Source: an uncultured Desulfobacterales bacterium (lineage in GTDB: Bacteria > Desulfobacterota > Desulfobacteria > Desulfobacterales > Desulfococcaceae). From it: DNA of 64,000 nt. Positions within the stretch are counted from its first letter, which is position 1; every line of letters begins with the position of its first letter. The DNA lies in NCBI GenBank assembly GCA_964573705.1, contig CAZNLT010000009.1, positions 143-64,142 of the forward strand, given 5' to 3'. Both the position numbers and the translations under genes were made by a program. Shown piece by piece: positions 35,175 to 44,245 of this stretch. The notes below the pieces were generated by a model. That model was not told the DNA's origin. It worked only from the letters and a program-made list of their open reading frames with translations, and did no database searches.

Positions 35175-36030
35175 TATCCGCCGGAGAATCGCCGCCTGCC
35201 GTAGATGGCTCGGTGACATGATGCGGGAGCGCCTGGTTCGGCCGGCGCAACGGTATTTTTCGATTCAGCATAGACCTTCCGCCGAAACGGACTTCAATGA
35301 AGAAAGCGGGTGGAAGGAAAAGGCCATGGCCGATTTCCGCACCTGGCTGGAATCTCTTCCCGAAACCCCTCCGCCCGCTGAAGATCCGGGACCCGAATCA
35401 GCCGATCTCCTGACGCTGCTTGCCGAATTCACCGCCCTTCAGCAGGAGGTGCGGCTGCAGAACCGGGAGCAGAACAAGGGGGTATTGGCGCTCAATCGAT
35501 TCATTGAGGATTTTCAAAAAACCGATGCGACCCTCGCTTCGATAGGGGATAAAAACCGGCGAATGGCCGAGGCGATCACCGCACTGGCCGGGGAATTGGA
35601 AAAAGTGGAAGATCGTATTCGAAACACGGTTGAAAACCGAGACGACGCCCGCCAGGCCCAGTGGAAGCAGGACATCGAAAAAAGCGCCGTTCGTCCCTTT
35701 CTGGATGTACGGGACGCCTTGGTCCGCGGGTTGAAAGCGGCCCGGGAGGCATCCGGGTCCGGCGGCTTTTTCAGGGCTTCGCCCAAAAATATCGAAGGGG
35801 TGATCGAAGGCTATTCCATGGCCCTGCGCCGTTTTGACCGGGCCCTGGCGGTGGTCGGGATTCGTCCGGTGGAGGCGGTGGGCAAACCCTTCGACCCCAA
35901 AATCATGCGGGCGGTGGACACCCGCCCCGGCCCTGAAGAAAAAAAAGGAATCGTGGTCGCAGAGCAGCTCGGCGGTTTTGTCCGCGGGGACGAGGTGATT
36001 CGAACCGCCGAAGTGGTGGTCGTATCCTAA
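35152..36030 (+). CDS. GrpE-like nucleotide exchange factor
   Basis: The helical segment LLAEFTALQQEVRLQNREQNK corresponds to GrpE AEFEN-type helices. The C-terminal beta domain GIRPVEAVGKPFDPKIMRAVDT..GIVVAEQLGGFVRGDEVIRTAEVVV matches the GrpE G.pFDP..HeA..v..GY.l.drvlRpA.V.V pattern. Start is uncertain: TTG 35152 or ATG 35155/35164 overlap the J-like gene, and ATG 35326 follows GGAAGGAAAAGG. Confidence 0.75.
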   Translation: MMRKMKTDIRRRIAACRRWLGDMMRERLVRPAQRYFSIQHRPSAETDFNEESGWKEKAMADFRTWLESLPETPPPAEDPGPESADLLTLLAEFTALQQEVRLQNREQNKGVLALNRFIEDFQKTDATLASIGDKNRRMAEAITALAGELEKVEDRIRNTVENRDDARQAQWKQDIEKSAVRPFLDVRDALVRGLKAAREASGSGGFFRASPKNIEGVIEGYSMALRRFDRALAVVGIRPVEAVGKPFDPKIMRAVDTRPGPEEKKGIVVAEQLGGFVRGDEVIRTAEVVVVS

Positions 36031-36080
36031 CCATATTTTATCATTGTTAAAATTAAGAAGAAGAAAGAAGGGGAAAACGT

Positions 36081-37826
36081 ATGGAACCGATCGTCGGTAT
36101 CGATCTCGGAACCACCAATTCCGAAATCGCTTATATCATCAATGAAAATGCGGAAGTGTTGACCGACCGGGATAACGGCATCTTTCCCTCCTGCGTCGGA
36201 ATCGATGCCCAGGGCAAAATCATCGTCGGCGCCGAAGCCAGAAACCAGGCGGTGCTGGCACCGGAGCGGACGGTGATGTCGGTAAAACGGCTGATGGGGA
36301 CGGAGACCCAGATTCCCATGGGAGAAAACCTGTATCGGCCCCAGGAGATTTCCGCCTTCATCCTGAAAGCCTTGAAGGCCCGGGCCGAAAAGGTGCTGGA
36401 CCGGGCTGTGTCCAAAGCCGTGATTACGGTGCCGGCCTATTTTACCGACGCCCAGCGGCACGCCACCCGGGAAGCGGGCCGGCTGGCCGATCTGGAAGTG
36501 GTGCGGATCATCAATGAACCCACCGCCGCGGCCCTGGCCTATGAAAGCACCCAGTCGGAACCCAGACGCATCCTGATTTACGACCTGGGGGGCGGCACCT
36601 TCGACGTCTCCATCGTCAAAATCGAACAAGGCGTGGTGGAGGTGCTGGCCAGCACCGGAGACAATCACCTGGGCGGCGACGATTTCGATCAAAAGATCGC
36701 CGACCGGCTGATGGAATACTGCACCGGTGAGCTGAAGCTGACCGACAGGAATGATCCGGTTTTGAAGGCACGTCTGAAGCGTGCCGCGGAAAAGGCCAAA
36801 ATCGAGCTCTCCTCCGCCCCCTACGCTCGAATCGAAGAAGACCACCTCGGCAAACGGGGTTTCAAGGATGTGCATCTCTCCTACGAACTTTCCCGGGAGG
36901 ATTTCGAAGAGATGATCGAAGACGACCTGGCGCGTACCATGGAATCGGTCAATAAGGCGCTTAAGGATTCGGAGTCGCTGCCCTCGGCCATCGACAAGAT
37001 CATCCTGGTGGGCGGGTCGACCCGGATTCCCAGAATTTCCGCCATGCTGGAGGAAAAATTCCAAAAAATGCCTCACGGCGAGATCGATCCGGATCTCTGC
37101 GTGGCATTAGGGGCGGCCATTCAGGCCGGCAGGGAAATGGGCCTGGACAGCTCCGGAATTTTGCTGGACATCACCCCCTATACCTTCGGGACCTCGGCCC
37201 TGGGGGAGGTGAACGGGATCCCCACCCACCATCAGTTCGTGCCGATGATCCGCAGAAACACCAAGCTCCCGGTCGCCAAAACCGAAGCCTTCTACACGGT
37301 CTATGACGACCAGGAGGCGGTGGAAATCAATGTGTACCAGGGGGAGGAACCGATCGCTCTCGACAACGTGCGGATCGGAAATTACCGGTTTGAACTCACC
37401 AAGGCGCCTCAGGGGAGCGTCATCCTTCTCAATTATGATCTCGACCTCAACGGGATTTTGAAGATCCAGGCGGTCGAAAAGAAAACCGGCCGCAAAATCA
37501 ACGCGGTCATCGAAAATGCCTTTTCCGAATTTTCCGAAGAGGCGTTTTCCGAGTCCAAGGAGCGGATCGCCGCTTTATGGGCTGAGGATGAGGAGGCTAC
37601 AACCGGCTTCAGCGGAGAGGTCGAGGCCGATCAGCTGGATATGCCGGAGGATATCGCCGAAACCCTGAACCTGGCGAAGTCAAAACTGGATGCCGCTCCG
37701 GAAGAGGATCGGGATCAGATGATCGACCTGATGGAGGATATCCGGGATTCGGTTCAATCCGGCGATCTTGAAAACGCGAAACGGCAGCAGGCCGAACTCG
37801 ATGACATCCTTTTTTACATCGGATAG
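36081..37826 (+). CDS. Hsp70-family ATPase (DnaK/HscC-like) with a shortened acidic lid
   Basis: 581 aa. IVGIDLGTTNS, VITVPAYFTDAQRHATREAG, VRIINEPTAAALAY, IYDLGGGTFDVSIV, ILVGGSTRIPRI. The SBD-beta is present (LLDITPYTFGT.., INVYQGE). After it only ~100 mostly acidic residues remain. Confidence 0.93.
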   Translation: MEPIVGIDLGTTNSEIAYIINENAEVLTDRDNGIFPSCVGIDAQGKIIVGAEARNQAVLAPERTVMSVKRLMGTETQIPMGENLYRPQEISAFILKALKARAEKVLDRAVSKAVITVPAYFTDAQRHATREAGRLADLEVVRIINEPTAAALAYESTQSEPRRILIYDLGGGTFDVSIVKIEQGVVEVLASTGDNHLGGDDFDQKIADRLMEYCTGELKLTDRNDPVLKARLKRAAEKAKIELSSAPYARIEEDHLGKRGFKDVHLSYELSREDFEEMIEDDLARTMESVNKALKDSESLPSAIDKIILVGGSTRIPRISAMLEEKFQKMPHGEIDPDLCVALGAAIQAGREMGLDSSGILLDITPYTFGTSALGEVNGIPTHHQFVPMIRRNTKLPVAKTEAFYTVYDDQEAVEINVYQGEEPIALDNVRIGNYRFELTKAPQGSVILLNYDLDLNGILKIQAVEKKTGRKINAVIENAFSEFSEEAFSESKERIAALWAEDEEATTGFSGEVEADQLDMPEDIAETLNLAKSKLDAAPEEDRDQMIDLMEDIRDSVQSGDLENAKRQQAELDDILFYIG

Positions 37827-37832
37827 CCAAGT

Positions 37833-38111
37833 ATGGACCGCTGCCCCACATGCCGGGCCGATTACCGGGGCGGGGATTTCTGCCACCGGTGCAAAACCGA
37901 TTTGAAGCCGGTGCTGGAGATCGAAACGCGGGCCGAAGACCACCGAACCGAAGCGGTTCGGGCGTTTCACCGGAAGGATTTCAGGTCCATGTATTATCAC
38001 GCCCGGCGGTCCCGGGCCTTGCATCGCACCCCTGAATCCGACCGGCTGCTGGCCTGTGCGGCCATGCTTTCCGGAAATTTTGGTCTTGCGATTTCCCTCT
38101 GGAATCCTTAG
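37833..38111 (+). CDS. Small zinc-ribbon protein (CxxC-N10-CxxC) with a helical tail, last gene of the Hsp70 operon
   Basis: 92 aa. MDRCPTCRADYRGGDFCHRCKTD.. The start is 6 nt after the Hsp70 stop. Confidence 0.6.
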   Translation: MDRCPTCRADYRGGDFCHRCKTDLKPVLEIETRAEDHRTEAVRAFHRKDFRSMYYHARRSRALHRTPESDRLLACAAMLSGNFGLAISLWNP

Positions 38112-38227
38112 AATCAGGCAAATGGGAAGATCTCCCATGATCCCCGATCCGAAATACAAAGCATTCCTGAAGGACGGGTCGGTTTCGCGGGAACCTGGTT
38201 TACGGAGAATCGAATTTTTTTAAGCCC

Positions 38228-39148
38228 ATGGCCCAAGCACCCGATCTGAGCGTCCGCATCGCCGGCGTTCCCATGAAAAATCCGGTCATGACCGCATCCG
38301 GCACCTTCGGCTACGGTAGAGAATTCTCCCTGCTGGTCGACCTGAACCGGCTGGGGGGAATCATCGTCAAGGGGCTGTCCCTGGAACCCAGCCGGGGAAA
38401 TCCGCCTCCGAGAATCGCCGAAACCCCTTGCGGAATGCTGAACGCCATCGGCCTGGAAAACGTAGGCATCGAGGCCTTTGCCGCGGAAAAACTTCCCTAT
38501 TTACAGACCCTTTCCACGCCGGTCTGGGTCAATATTTACGGTAAATCGGTAGAGGCGTACGCCCGTCTGGCGGAGCGGATTCAAGAGATCGACGGGATCG
38601 CCGGGGTCGAAGTCAATATTTCCTGCCCCAATGTCAAAAGCGGCGGGATTGCCTTCGGAGTGGACCCCGAGGCCGCCCACTCGGTCATTCGTGCGGTTCG
38701 AGAAAGAACCGATCTGCCGTTGATGGCCAAGCTGTCGCCCAACGTCACCGATATTACGCTGATCGCCCGCAGCGTGGTGGAGGCGGGGGCCGATGCCGTT
38801 TCGCTGATCAATACCATCACCGGCATGGCGGTCGACGTGGAAAACCGGCGCCCTCGAATCGCCAATATCACCGGCGGGCTTTCCGGGCCGGCGATTCGGC
38901 CCGTAGCGGTGCGGATGGTCTGGCAGGTGGCCCAAGCTGTGGATGTGCCGATCGTCGGCATCGGCGGTATTTTGACCGCTGGGGATGCCCTGGAGTTTCT
39001 GATCGCCGGCGCAACCGCGGTCCAGGTGGGCACCGCCAATTTTGTGAATCCCCGGGCGACCCTGGATATTATCGACGGCATCGAAGCCTACATGGTCCGC
39101 CATCGATTCATCCGGCTGACGGATGTGATCGGTTCATTGCAATTTTAA
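38228..39148 (+). CDS. pyrD: Dihydroorotate dehydrogenase, class 1B catalytic subunit
   Basis: 306 aa. [54 protein letters not shown]. Confidence 0.93.
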   Translation: MAQAPDLSVRIAGVPMKNPVMTASGTFGYGREFSLLVDLNRLGGIIVKGLSLEPSRGNPPPRIAETPCGMLNAIGLENVGIEAFAAEKLPYLQTLSTPVWVNIYGKSVEAYARLAERIQEIDGIAGVEVNISCPNVKSGGIAFGVDPEAAHSVIRAVRERTDLPLMAKLSPNVTDITLIARSVVEAGADAVSLINTITGMAVDVENRRPRIANITGGLSGPAIRPVAVRMVWQVAQAVDVPIVGIGGILTAGDALEFLIAGATAVQVGTANFVNPRATLDIIDGIEAYMVRHRFIRLTDVIGSLQF

Positions 39149-39200
39149 TATACTCTACTCTTTTAACAGACCACATAATAATAGGAAAAGGAGGGAAAAT

Positions 39201-39668
39201 ATGGATTTTAAAAATCTGAGAGGAATTGTTGATTTTGCCATTGAAAAGGAGCAGGAAGCGGCCGATTTTTACCTGGAAGCCAGCGAACAGGAACCCTTCT
39301 CCGGTTCCAAGGAGATGCTCAAAGAATTTGCCCAGCAGGAGCTGAAACACAAGCACATGCTGGAGAATCTCGAAGACCACGGGGTGGATGACAGCATTCA
39401 GGATTACAATTTCAAATGGATTAAAGACATCAAGCGCAGCAACTACATGGAAGATATCGAATACAAACCCGGCATGGGATATCGGGATATGCTGCTTCTG
39501 GCCATGAAACGGGAGGAAAAAGCGCTGGATCTCTATAGGGATCTTCATGACAAGGCCGACGACCAGAAGGTAAAAGACCTCTTCAAGGTGCTTCGCCAGG
39601 AGGAGGCCAAGCACAAACTCTCCCTTGAATCGATCTATGATGATTATATGGCCGAGATGGGAGACTGA
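39201..39668 (+). CDS. Ferritin-like / rubrerythrin-family di-iron protein (no rubredoxin domain)
   Basis: 155 aa, a duplicated four-helix pattern with E..ExxH pairs (EKEQEAADFY..QQELKHKHML and KREEKALDLY..RQEEAKHKLSL). Confidence 0.75.
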   Translation: MDFKNLRGIVDFAIEKEQEAADFYLEASEQEPFSGSKEMLKEFAQQELKHKHMLENLEDHGVDDSIQDYNFKWIKDIKRSNYMEDIEYKPGMGYRDMLLLAMKREEKALDLYRDLHDKADDQKVKDLFKVLRQEEAKHKLSLESIYDDYMAEMGD

Positions 39669-39750
39669 GACCGGCTGTCGAATCACCCGGGTTTTCCGGA
39701 CCGCATCTACTATGAGTGGTTTGGATGCAACCGCAGTGAATGACATAAAT

Positions 39751-39787
39751 CCCCCATTCCCTGGATTGCCGGGGCGTGGGGGTTTTT
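39751..39787 (+). terminator. Rho-independent terminator candidate
   Basis: CCCCCA..(CCC..GGG inner stem)..TGGGGG followed by TTTTT, 83 nt after the ferritin-like gene stop. Confidence 0.5.
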
Positions 39788-39807
39788 AATGGAGATAAGG
39801 AGCGGAT

Positions 39808-40374
39808 ATGATAATGAAACGGCTTTTGGTCGCCTTGGTGGTTTCTCTTTTCCTGGTCCCCTGGGGATATGCGGCTGAAATTGGCGGCGTCACCCTTTCG
39901 GAGACTCTGGTGGCCGGTAACGAAACCCTTAGTCTAAACGGTGCCGGGCTGCGAAAGAAGTTTTTCATTAAAGTCTATGCGGGCGGATTGTATTTGACCG
40001 AAAAATCGGCGGATGCAGAGCAGATCATTCAGGCGAACGCACCCATGGCCATTCGAATGCATTTTATTTATGACGGGGTCTCCGCTGAAAAGTTGATCGA
40101 CACCTGGAATGAGGGGTTTTCCGCGGCTACCGGCGGAAAAACCGGCTCCCTTCAGGAAAAGATCGATAAATTCAACAGCTTTTTCATTGAAGAAGCCAAA
40201 AAAGGAGATGTCTACGACATCATCTACACCCCCGGGGAAGGCACCCGGGTCTACATCAAAGAACGGCTGATGGGGGTCATTCCCGGTCTCGATTTCAAGC
40301 AGGCATTATTCGCCATCTGGCTGGGAGAAAAGCCCGCGGATGAAGGTCTCAAGGAAGGAATGCTGAGTTTGTAG
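39808..40374 (+). CDS. Chalcone-isomerase-like (CHI fold) periplasmic protein
   Basis: 188 aa with a signal peptide. LNGAGLRKKFFIKVYAGGLYL and FKQALFAIWLGEKPAD are typical of bacterial CHI-like proteins. Confidence 0.75.
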   Translation: MIMKRLLVALVVSLFLVPWGYAAEIGGVTLSETLVAGNETLSLNGAGLRKKFFIKVYAGGLYLTEKSADAEQIIQANAPMAIRMHFIYDGVSAEKLIDTWNEGFSAATGGKTGSLQEKIDKFNSFFIEEAKKGDVYDIIYTPGEGTRVYIKERLMGVIPGLDFKQALFAIWLGEKPADEGLKEGMLSL

Positions 40375-40389
40375 ACGGGGGAACGAACC

Positions 40390-41061
40390 TCACCGGTCGA
40401 AAAAACATCGCTTGGAGGGTGCATATCCTTCCAGGAACGCCTCCCACCGGCTGTTGAACATCACCCGATTCCGGTCGGCAATCCGTTTGGCCGGATCGCA
40501 GTGGGGAAGGTGGAACCGGCGGGAGGCCCTGTTCCCGACCAATGTCCGGGGTTTTTTCAGGGCCGGATTTCTCCAGATCCCTTTGCCCGCAGCCATGGCC
40601 CTGCGCTGTGCGTTCAACAGCGCATCGGCGTATTTTGCGGTTTTCCGATCATACAGGCAAAATGCCATTCCCGCTTCCACCAGGCGACGATTGACCAAAA
40701 GATTTCGGTCCGGAAAGACATAGGCCAGGGTTCGGCCGTACCGGTCGGTTTTCTTTTGATCATATTCGAGTCGGACGGCTTTTCCCTCCACCAGTTGTCG
40801 GTTGAACCGTTCCGCGGCCTTTCCAAAGGGTTCCCCGGGTCGGTCCCTGTGGGCCACCTCGGGGCAGTTGATGCCGATGTAGCGCACATGCCGGCCGTCT
40901 TCAAGAATAATGGTGTCGCCGTCGATGACATAATCCACCCGGACCGAATCCATTCGCGAAAGGAGGGCGGATTCGGCCCCGGCCCGAGGTGCGGCCGATA
41001 CAAAGGAAAGGCAGATAAAAAAGCAGGTCAGGGGTTTTGATAAGAACGATTTCATGAGCAT
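40390..41061 (-). CDS. Thermonuclease (SNase) family protein with a C-terminal Ada-like metal-binding tail
   Basis: 223 aa with a signal peptide. VDYVIDGDTIILEDGRHVRYIGINCPE, DRYGRTLAYVF, VNRRLVEAGMA. C-terminal ..RRFHLPHC..FNSRWEAFLEGYAPSKRC. Confidence 0.85.
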   Translation of the reverse strand: MLMKSFLSKPLTCFFICLSFVSAAPRAGAESALLSRMDSVRVDYVIDGDTIILEDGRHVRYIGINCPEVAHRDRPGEPFGKAAERFNRQLVEGKAVRLEYDQKKTDRYGRTLAYVFPDRNLLVNRRLVEAGMAFCLYDRKTAKYADALLNAQRRAMAAGKGIWRNPALKKPRTLVGNRASRRFHLPHCDPAKRIADRNRVMFNSRWEAFLEGYAPSKRCFFDR

Positions 41062-41152
41062 GGTTCATCCCGGTGGCGTGGATTAGAGAAGCGCATTCAA
41101 GTAAGATTCTGTTTATCGTGGAACCCGGTGCGGGTCAAGGAGGATTCAGGTA

Positions 41153-41965
41153 ATGGTCGGTTTCGTCGGTGTCATCGCGCTTCTGACGGTGCTTTTTCTT
41201 TCGCTGTTGATCACCCGGTTGGCATCGGTGGCCCTGAAACTCACCGGACTGTCTTCGGAGGCAGCCCGTTTTCAGGCCCGATCCGCCTTCACCGGCACCG
41301 GGTTCACCACCGGTGAGACCGAAAAGGTGGTCAAGCATCCGGTCCGCAGAAGAATCATCATGCTGTTGATGATCACCCGAAGCGCCGGACTGATCAGTAT
41401 CATCATTTCTCTGATCCTTTCCTTCGCCACCGCGGGGGAGGAATCGGGCCGCATGGTTCGACTGCTGTGGATGGTCGGCGGCATCATTTGCCTGTGGCTG
41501 GTGGCCAATATCAAATTCGTGGACCGTGCCATGAGCGGGGTGATGGAATGGGCGCTGAAACGATGGACCGATCTGGACACCCGGGATTACACCGGCCTTC
41601 TCAATCTCCACGGCGAATACTCGGTACGGGAATTGAGAATACAAGAGGATGACTGGCTGGTCGGGAAAAAACTGAAGGATTGCAAACTGAACAAAGAGGG
41701 GATTACCGTGTTGGGAATTTACCGGGAAAACGGCAGCTATGTGGGCGCGCCCCGGGCCGATACCGAAATGTACACCGGTGACCTGTTGATCCTTTACGGC
41801 CGGGGAAAACGTCTACGGGAGCTTGACGAGCGCCGGGCCGACGCCAGGGGTGAAATGGCCCATGAAAGGGCCGTGAGTGAGCAGCGGGAGCATGAAGAAG
41901 AACAGGAACGTCAGGAACAGGCCCACAAAAAGAAAAAAGAGCGGGAAGAAAAAAGAACAGGATAA
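41153..41965 (+). CDS. Membrane protein with a C-terminal RCK_C/TrkA-C domain
   Basis: 270 aa with an AAGGAGG RBS and 3-4 TM segments, then ELRIQEDDWLVGKKLKDCKLNKEGITVLGIYRENGSYVGAPRADTEMYTGDLLILYG (TrkA-C pattern). The C-terminus is a charged E/K/R tail. Confidence 0.75.
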   Translation: MVGFVGVIALLTVLFLSLLITRLASVALKLTGLSSEAARFQARSAFTGTGFTTGETEKVVKHPVRRRIIMLLMITRSAGLISIIISLILSFATAGEESGRMVRLLWMVGGIICLWLVANIKFVDRAMSGVMEWALKRWTDLDTRDYTGLLNLHGEYSVRELRIQEDDWLVGKKLKDCKLNKEGITVLGIYRENGSYVGAPRADTEMYTGDLLILYGRGKRLRELDERRADARGEMAHERAVSEQREHEEEQERQEQAHKKKKEREEKRTG

Positions 41966-42085
41966 GCGGGAGGAAGAATAAGCTTTTGGCATTTGACGCG
42001 TCAGCTTTTATGGTGTAAAGGAGACGAAAATTTCCCCAAACGTTTTTAACTGACGGTTTTATCCGCAGAGAGATTCAGAGGAGAA

Positions 42086-42481
42086 GTGACCATGACCGCA
42101 GCCATGAACGAAATATTCACTCCGGAAACCATGGAACGTCTGTTTCCCAAAGAACGCTCCGATCAGTTCTTTGATGCGCTGTTCGGAGACGCCGACGAAG
42201 GGGCCTATGATATTCGGCTGGCCTATCGCAGCGCCGCCGAGGATGAGCTTCGTTTTGAATTTCAACTCACCCAGCGGCCGGGGAAATGCCTGGCCTGCAA
42301 TCTGACCTACGGGCTTCCCCAGGTGTTTGCCCGCCATCCCATCATCAATGTCGACGGGGTGGTCAAAAAGATTCAAAAAGAGATCGACCATCAGGCACAG
42401 TGCGCCGGTTGGCGGCTGGGTTCGACGCGGGAGGTTTCTAGAAATTTGCATGTAATCCCCCTTTTCATTTCTTTGTCCTGA
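42086..42481 (+). CDS. Hypothetical cytoplasmic protein
   Basis: 131 aa with coding-like composition, followed by a strong terminator. No motif recognised. GTG start at 42086 or ATG at 42092. Confidence 0.55.
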   Translation: MTMTAAMNEIFTPETMERLFPKERSDQFFDALFGDADEGAYDIRLAYRSAAEDELRFEFQLTQRPGKCLACNLTYGLPQVFARHPIINVDGVVKKIQKEIDHQAQCAGWRLGSTREVSRNLHVIPLFISLS

Positions 42482-42516
42482 GGTCCTTTCCCCGGATTTA
42501 CATTCTTGCATGCCCT

Positions 42517-42546
42517 GAAGGGCCGGACATCCGGCCCTTTCTTTTG
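42517..42546. terminator. Rho-independent terminator between convergent genes
   Basis: GAAGGGCCGG-acat-CCGGCCCTTT followed by CTTTTGG on the plus strand. It lies between the 42481 and 42568 stop codons. Confidence 0.7.
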
Positions 42547-42567
42547 GCGGGAACCGGAAAGTGATGG

Positions 42568-44211
42568 CTACCGGTCGGAGCCGGCCTCCTTTTTCTTTCC
42601 GGGGCCGGGTCGCGGCCGTTTTCTCGGTTTTCGCTTTCGCGGTTTCGTGGGGCGGTCACCGGAAGAAGCCTCCTTGGGAGGCGGCGGAAGCTTCAGCCAG
42701 TCCTCTTCCGGATGGATGCAGGAAATCTTGTGCCCGAGGAACTCCTCGATGGCCGGGATGTAGAAGGAATCGGTCTCGTCGGCAAAGCTGATGGATACCC
42801 CGGTGGCCCCGGCCCGGCCGGTGCGGCCGATTCGGTGGACATAGTTTTCAGGGTCCTGGGGCAGGGTATAGTTGATGACATGGCTGACCCCTTCGATATG
42901 AAGCCCCCGGCCCGCCACGTCGGTGGCCACCATCACCCGGATGTTTCCCGATCGAATATTTTCGAAGATTCTCAGGCGCTTCTTCTGCGGCACATCCCCG
43001 GAGATGACCGAACACTTGATCCCGTATTTGCTGAGAAGATCACCGATTCGCTGGGTTTCATCCCGTCGGTTGCAGAAGATGATCACCCGCTCCAGGTTCT
43101 GCCGCTGAATGATATTGTACAGCAGGGCTTTTTTTTCGCCGGCGGTGACCAGGTAGATGACCTGCTCGACCGTATCCACCTCGATCTGTTCCGGTTCGAT
43201 CTCCACCTCCACCGGGTCGGTCATCCACTGGGAGGCGGCCCGCTCTACATCCCCGATCATGGTGGCGCTGAACATCAATGTCTGGCGCCGGTCCTTATGG
43301 GGCGTCTGCCGGACGATGCGGCGAATCTGGGGCATGAATCCCATATCCACCAGGCGGTCGGCCTCGTCGATCACCAGGATTTCGATTTTGCCGAGATTCA
43401 CATCCCCATGTTCGGAAAAATCGATCAGCCGGCCGGGGGTGGCCACCACGATATCCACCACCCGGTCGGTGAGCTGCCGGCGCTGCTTCTGGTAGTCCAT
43501 GCCCCCGAAGACATTGGCGATATGGCAGGGAAAATATTTGGAGAGCATCTTGGCTTCGTCCGAGATCTGCACCACCAGCTCCCGAGTTGGGGCGAGAATC
43601 AGGACCCGGGGCGTTCCCGGGGGCCGCTCGCCCTGAATCGGGTTTCGAATCATATGGGTCAGAATGGAAATCAGGAAGGCGGCGGTTTTTCCGGTGCCGG
43701 TCTGGGCCTGACCGGATGCGTCGCGGCCCGCCAGGGTGGGCGGAAGGATTTCCGTCTGAATCGGCGTCGGATACCGGTAGTTCAGGTCCGCGACGGCGTG
43801 CATCACCTCTGAGGGAAGATCGAAGTCGTGGAACCGCTGTTTTCCTTCCTCGGGGTCCACATCGAACATTGAAATATCCCAAGACTCATGGGCCTGAACC
43901 CGGTCCGGGGCAGGCGCCGGCTGAGAGGGAGACCCGGTGTTTTCGGGTTTTCGGCGCCTTCGGGAGCGCTTTCGTTTTTCCGGCCCGGTCGATGCCCGGC
44001 CCTCGGTTTTTGAATCGGAAGCGCTTTTCCGACCCTTTTTTCGGGATTCGGCCTGCAGCGATGTGTCGCGTCCGGTGTCGGCTCGTTCCGCAGAAGGGGT
44101 TTTCGCTCCGGGTTCTTGGGGCCGGGATTCTTCAGACCGGGTTTCAGATTTTGCGGTCTGGGTGAGTCCTTTGAATTTGTTTCGAATAGTGTTGATTAAT
44201 GATTTCACCAT
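42568..44211 (-). CDS. DEAD-box ATP-dependent RNA helicase with basic low-complexity N- and C-terminal extensions
   Basis: 547 aa. Q-motif region YPTPIQ, Walker A AQTGTGKT, DEAD (VIDEADR), SAT, and motif VI HRIGRTGRAG. A ~120-aa K/R/S/E-rich N-terminus and a K/R/P-rich tail. Confidence 0.93.
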   Translation of the reverse strand: MVKSLINTIRNKFKGLTQTAKSETRSEESRPQEPGAKTPSAERADTGRDTSLQAESRKKGRKSASDSKTEGRASTGPEKRKRSRRRRKPENTGSPSQPAPAPDRVQAHESWDISMFDVDPEEGKQRFHDFDLPSEVMHAVADLNYRYPTPIQTEILPPTLAGRDASGQAQTGTGKTAAFLISILTHMIRNPIQGERPPGTPRVLILAPTRELVVQISDEAKMLSKYFPCHIANVFGGMDYQKQRRQLTDRVVDIVVATPGRLIDFSEHGDVNLGKIEILVIDEADRLVDMGFMPQIRRIVRQTPHKDRRQTLMFSATMIGDVERAASQWMTDPVEVEIEPEQIEVDTVEQVIYLVTAGEKKALLYNIIQRQNLERVIIFCNRRDETQRIGDLLSKYGIKCSVISGDVPQKKRLRIFENIRSGNIRVMVATDVAGRGLHIEGVSHVINYTLPQDPENYVHRIGRTGRAGATGVSISFADETDSFYIPAIEEFLGHKISCIHPEEDWLKLPPPPKEASSGDRPTKPRKRKPRKRPRPGPGKKKEAGSDR

Positions 44212-44245
44212 TGGGTGTTGAAATTCTCTCCTTCCATAAGAATGC

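Noticed and set aside
38123-38139. The hairpin ATGGGA-agatc-TCCCAT just after the zinc-ribbon gene, considered as the Hsp70-operon terminator.
   Set aside because: The stem is only 6 bp and no U-tract follows (gatccccgatcc). It could be a weak structure, but I cannot support a terminator call.
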